Part shown: in pieces, positions 9,245-12,910 of the stretch | Layout: the number at the start of each line of letters is the position of its first letter | How positions within the stretch are numbered: the first letter of the stretch is position 1 | Assembly (NCBI GenBank): GCA_016184305.1 | Contig: JACPCX010000161.1 | Coordinates: 1 to 12,910, forward strand | DNA from: Candidatus Rokuibacteriota bacterium | GTDB taxonomy: Bacteria; Methylomirabilota; Methylomirabilia; Rokubacteriales; CSP1-6 | Reading direction: 5' to 3' | Length of the DNA stretch: 12,910 nucleotides | Position numbers and translations under genes: made by a program | Notes under the pieces: generated by a model | The model's database searches: none | The model's input: only the letters and a program-made list of their open reading frames with translations | What the model was told of the DNA's origin: nothing

Positions 9245-10224
9245 ATGAAGGGGAGACATCGGCGGGCGGCGTGGCTGGGCATCGCGCTGGTGGTCGCAGG
9301 CGTCGCGCTCGCGCGTGATGCCTGCGCGCAGACCGGCGAGGTGGCCGGGATGATCACCGAGATCAAGCTCGGCAAGGGCGCGGTGGAGGTCAAGCCCGCG
9401 GGCGGCCCCGACTGGCGCCCGGGCGGCCCGCTCATGAGCCTCCTGGGTGGCGACACCGTGCGCGCGAGCGGGGGCGGGTCGGCGGTGATCCTCCTCACCG
9501 GCGGGCGCGGCACGATCCGCGTCGAGAGCAACGCCGGGCCCGTGGTCGTGCCGGGACCCCAGGCCGGCGAGGGGAAGGTGCAGAAAGCGCAGGCGCTCCT
9601 GAGTGCCAGCCTCGGCTTCCTGTCCTCGCGGGCCAAGGAGATGCCGCAGGCCGTGCTCGGCACCCGCTCCTGGCTCAAGCCCCCGGTGGTGCTGGCGCCG
9701 CGGAACGGCCCCGTGCTGGCCGACGCGCTCCGCTTCGAGTGGTGGGGCAGCCGTCTGTCGCGCTACACGATCCAGATCGCGGGCCCGTCGGGCGTCGTCC
9801 TCGAGCGCGCGGGGGTCACGGGGGCGCGGCTCGACTACCCGGCGGATGCGCCCCCGCTCCTCCCGGGCGTCCGCTACACCTTCAGGGTGAGCACCGAGGG
9901 GCAGCCGCCGCAGGAGGCGTGGTTCGAGGTCCTGAGCCCCGAGCGCACGCGCGAGGTGCGGGCGAGCCTGACCGCGCTCGAGCAGGAGGCGGGGACGGTG
10001 GCGCCGTCGAACACGCTGGTGGCGCTCCGCGCGGGCTTCCTGGCCCAGCAGGGCCTCGTGCACGAGGCGCGCCGCGCGGTGCTGGCGGGGCAGGCGAAGG
10101 ACCCGGAGGAGCCCACGCTTCACCTGCTCCTGGGCACCTCTATTCCCAGTCCGGGCTGCCCGAGCAGGCCCACCAGTCCTTCGACGAGGCCCGCTTCCTC
10201 ATGGGGGGCAAGCTCAGGCGGTAG
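9245..10224 (+). pseudogene. Secreted protein (FecR-like N-terminus, DUF928-like beta domain, C-terminal TPR-like helices) with a 1-nt frameshift at ~10132-10135
   Basis: Signal peptide (…ACA/Q), G.ITEIK.G.VEV...W...L..GDTVR (FecR-like) and VLAPRNG..L....RFEW...LDYP.DAPPLLPGVRY. Adding 1 nt at CTGGGCAC gives LHLLLGHLYSQSGLPEQAHQSFDEARF...* ending 3 nt from the convergent gene. SD GGGAGG at 9230-9235. Confidence 0.7.
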
Positions 10225-10227
10225 ATC

Positions 10228-10983
10228 TCACGTCACCCAGCCGCCGGCGAAGGGGATGACCTGCCCCACGAAGAAGTCGGCGTCCTCCGAGGCCAGGTAT
10301 ACCGCCAGCCGCGCCGACTCCTCGCTGCGCGCGATGCGCCCTGCCGGGATGTTCTTCAGCATGCGCTCGAGGGCCTTGGGGTCCGCGGTCAGCTCCGGCG
10401 GGAAGTAGGTGGGGTTCTCCACGTAGTTCTGGGCGATGGCGTTGACCTGGATGCCGTCGCGCGCCACCTCGCGGCCCACCGCCTTGGTGAGGCCGTTGAC
10501 CCCGGCCCGCGCCGCGGTGTAGGCCGCGTAGCGGGCGAGCCCCGGGAAGGCGGCGGCCGAGGACATGTTGATGATCTTCCCGCGCCGGGCCGGCCGCATG
10601 ACCCGGAGCGCCGCGCGCAGGCAGTAGAAGGGCTCGTCCAGCAATCGCGCCATCAGCTCCCGCCACGCCGCGTCGGTCACGTTCTCGGTGGCGCTGCCCG
10701 CGGGCGGGCAGGCGTTGTTGTTGACGAGCACGTCCAGCCTGCCGAAACGCGCCACCACGGCGTCCACGGCGCGATCGGCCTCGGCCGACTCGCTGAGGTC
10801 CCCCGTGAGGGCCAGCGCCGTGCGCCCGAGGCGCTCGGCGAGAGCGACCAGTGGCGCGGCGGCCTTCATCTCGCGGTCGTGGAGTGCGAGCGTGGCGCCC
10901 TCCCGCGCGAACTCCTCCGTGATGGCCGGGCCCATGAAGTGGCTGCAGTTGGTGATCAGCGCGACCTTGCCGGTGAGTCTCAT
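10228..10983 (-). CDS. hhe: Halohydrin dehalogenase (haloalcohol dehalogenase), SDR fold
   Basis: T11-NCSH-F16-M-G18 matches T-X4-F-X-G. S142-X12-Y155-X3-R159 is the catalytic triad. NAIAQNYVENPTYFP loop; SD GGAGG. 251 aa, intact. Confidence 0.85.
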   Translation of the reverse strand: MRLTGKVALITNCSHFMGPAITEEFAREGATLALHDREMKAAAPLVALAERLGRTALALTGDLSESAEADRAVDAVVARFGRLDVLVNNNACPPAGSATENVTDAAWRELMARLLDEPFYCLRAALRVMRPARRGKIINMSSAAAFPGLARYAAYTAARAGVNGLTKAVGREVARDGIQVNAIAQNYVENPTYFPPELTADPKALERMLKNIPAGRIARSEESARLAVYLASEDADFFVGQVIPFAGGWVT

Positions 10984-11006
10984 GCGGGCCTCCGTTGTTC
11001 CGCGCC

Positions 11007-11046
11007 AGACTAGCCCCGATGCCCCGTGCGCGCAAGAGCGCGCACG
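11007..11046 (-). promoter_or_regulatory. Sigma70-type promoter of the dehalogenase with a 9-bp inverted repeat over the -35
   Basis: TTGCGC(11035-11030)-N17-TAGTCT(11012-11007). Inverted repeat CGTGCGCGC-AAGA-GCGCGCACG at 11025-11046. Confidence 0.6.
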
Positions 11047-11077
11047 AGAAGACCTTATGATGTGGGCTCGGGGCCTC

Positions 11078-11425
11078 TCAGGGCACGACCAGCGTCAGCC
11101 TCGGGAAGTAGCTGCGGTAGCGCCGCGCATCGCGTGTGAGGAGTGGCAGTCCGCGTACCGCCGCGTGGGCTCCCACGTAGAAGTCCGGCAGTGGAGAGCG
11201 CTTCCGGCCGCCCGCTCGCCGATATTTCAGGAAGCACTTGGCCGCCAGGAAGGCCGCCTCCCAGGGCAGGGCCTCTCCGGAAGAAGTCGGCCGGAAGGGC
11301 AGCGTCGACGTCCCCGATACGCTCGAAGCCGACCGACACCTCGAAGTACACGATGGGGATGAATGACGAGCACATGGTCCTCGGCCAGGCGCGTGAGCTG
11401 CCCCGAGGACCACTCGAACCACGTG
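11078..11425 (-). pseudogene. vapC: 5'-truncated, doubly frameshifted VapC/PIN toxin
   Basis: Three frames stitch to TWFEWSSGQLTRLAEDHVLVI / PIVYFEVSVGFERIGDVDAALPADFFR / EALPWEAAFLAAKCFLKYRRAGGRKRSPLPDFYVGAHAAVRGLPLLTRDARRYRSYFP. Shifts are near 11355-11362 and 11276. Confidence 0.85.
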
Positions 11426-11875
11426 GTAGTTAATCGGGACCTCGGCGCCCTTCTGGGTCGTGAATGCGGTCTTCACCGTGGCAAGCTCACCGCCCGTATC
11501 GACGGACTCCCCGACGTAGCTGATCTTCTCGCCGCTGTACTGCTCGATCTTGATGACGTAGGAGCGCTCCAACAGGTCAGTGAACAGCGGCACGAACTCC
11601 GCGCGGTCCTTCTCCGACAGTCTCAGCCAGTGCTGGCCGAGGGCGCGTCGCGCCGTCTCCGGGAAATCGAAGACGGTCTTGGCGACCTCGCGGATGGCCG
11701 CCCGCCGGTCCTTCGCCCTGGCGTCCGATTTCAGCGCCGGATCTTGGGCGATTCTAATGATCTGGTCCACTGAGACTCGGATCTGGTCGGTGGGGGCCCC
11801 CGCCCGAGCTTGGACTGCGGCGAGGGCGATGCACGCGATCCCAACCGCGAGGCTCAGGAAACGGGATGCACGCAT
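11423..11875 (-). pseudogene. mlaC: MlaC/Ttg2D phospholipid-binding periplasmic protein, 3'-truncated
   Basis: SD GAGGGG and ATG 11875; signal peptide; FDFPETARRALGQHW...RAEFVPLFTDLLERSY...ATVKT...EVPINY. The C-terminal W-x2-YD...GVSL...R..F segment is missing. Confidence 0.85.
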
Positions 11876-12350
11876 GGCCGTCCCCCTCACGCGGCCCGCT
11901 TGGACATCAGCGTGTCGTGTTTCGACCCTGACAGCGATCGCCATCCTGGTCGGGGGGCTGTTTGGCCTGACGAGCGGCCTCGAGTCATCCGACATCAATC
12001 AGGCATCCTTTCCCCGGGTCACGCGAGAGCGGAGCTCACCGGCCCCAGCGCCCCGATTTCTTCGCGATACCCAGAAGGCGCTCAGGGACCTCGGCCATCA
12101 ACCGGGCCCGATCGACGGAGTCGTCGGGCCAAGGACACGAGCCGCGCTGATGAGGTACCAGAGGGCCGAAGGGCTCCCAGCGACCGGCCGGCTCGAGACG
12201 GAGACCATGGCGCGGCTCGACATCCACGAGCGGCTGTTCCGTCGCACGAGTCATGCACCCAGGCGTGCTGCTCCCATCCCTGCCCCTGCCGCTCCGAGCG
12301 CTGTCCTCGCTCTTCTCGCGGCGGATCATGAGGCGGCGGAGTCGCCGTAG
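11874..12350 (+). CDS. Peptidoglycan-binding (PG_binding_1) domain protein; start uncertain
   Basis: RDTQKALRDLGHQPGPIDGVVGPRTRAALMRYQRAEGLPATGRL is a typical PGBD, preceded by a hydrophobic segment (LTAIAILVGGLFGL). Confidence 0.7.
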   Translation: MAVPLTRPAWTSACRVSTLTAIAILVGGLFGLTSGLESSDINQASFPRVTRERSSPAPAPRFLRDTQKALRDLGHQPGPIDGVVGPRTRAALMRYQRAEGLPATGRLETETMARLDIHERLFRRTSHAPRRAAPIPAPAAPSAVLALLAADHEAAESP

Positions 12351-12458
12351 CGGGGAGGCGGATCAGACGGCGATACCGATGTTGTGGTGGTGGCCATGAC
12401 GCGACTCCCGACCCCCCCAGTGGCCCACACCCACCGACTCAACACGAGCCCGCAGTGG

Positions 12459-12480
12459 GGCGCCCTCCTCCACGGGCGCC
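12459..12480. terminator. GC-rich hairpin between convergent genes, possible terminator
   Basis: GGCGCCC-N8-GGGCGCC about 20 nt after the permease stop; no U-tract. Confidence 0.3.
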
Positions 12481-12499
12481 GCCCTCGTGCGCTCCTCGG

Positions 12500-12910
12500 T
12501 CACTCCCTGAGGGCCCCCGCGAGGACGCCGCTCACCAGATAGCGCTGCAGCACGACCACGATCAGGATCGGGGGCAGGCTGGCGAGGATGGACGCCGCGG
12601 CGATGTCGCCCCAGGGCACCTCGAACACCCCGGGGAAGAGCGCCAGGGCCACCGGCACCGTGCGGCTCGCCTCGGTGGCGCTGAGGGTGTATGCGAACAG
12701 GAACTCGTTCCAGCTGAAGAGAAAGGTGAGCAGGGCCGCCGAGGCCAGGGCGGGCGCGGTCAGCGGCAGGACCATCCGGCGAAGGATCTGCAGCCGGCTC
12801 GCGCCATCCAATGCGGCGGCTTCCTCGATCTCGTCCGGGATGTCCCGGATGAACCCCGTGAGGAGCCAGATCACCAGCGGGAGGGCGAAGGAGGTGTCGG
12901 CGAGGACGAG
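12500..12910 (-). CDS. Carbohydrate ABC transporter permease (MalG/SugB-type); 5' end outside window
   Basis: EAA loop EIEEAAALDGASRLQILRRMVLP, FLFSWNEF and VPWGDIAAAS. The frame is open to the window edge (LVLADTSFALPLVIW). Confidence 0.92.
   Translation of the reverse strand, partial: LVLADTSFALPLVIWLLTGFIRDIPDEIEEAAALDGASRLQILRRMVLPLTAPALASAALLTFLFSWNEFLFAYTLSATEASRTVPVALALFPGVFEVPWGDIAAASILASLPPILIVVVLQRYLVSGVLAGALRE

Noticed and set aside
11061..12454. TGTGGGCTCG (11061) and CGAGCCCGCA (12445) as terminal inverted repeats of a mobile element
   Set aside because: Only a 9/10 match in GC-rich DNA, with no transposase or target-site duplication.
12351..12499. tRNA, ncRNA or CRISPR in the intergenic region
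   Set aside because: No cloverleaf, T-loop motif or regularly spaced repeats were seen.

Overview
Very GC-rich bacterial DNA; the gene style loosely suggests Rokubacteria/Methylomirabilota-type organisms, which is inference only. The left half is a minus-strand histidine-utilisation cluster: tandem-YciI gene, hutU, an inserted phd/vapC toxin-antitoxin pair, hutI and hutH. It is followed by a Liv-type ABC transporter in which livK and livH both carry large in-frame internal deletions and livM runs off the window. Divergent from it is a two-gene signalling operon. The first gene is a CHASE2 class III nucleotidyl cyclase with non-adenylyl (guanylyl-like) specificity residues and an in-frame TAG. 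The second is a secreted FecR-like/DUF928-like/TPR protein with a 1-nt frameshift. Next is an intact SDR-fold gene that has both diagnostic motifs of a halohydrin dehalogenase and its own promoter. The right end holds a deletion-fusion of mlaC with a decayed second vapC, a peptidoglycan-binding protein gene and the 3' part of a sugar ABC permease. The density of lesions (at least 7) beside intact enzyme genes is notable and may reflect real decay or assembly error. No rRNA, tRNA, CRISPR array or transposase was seen.
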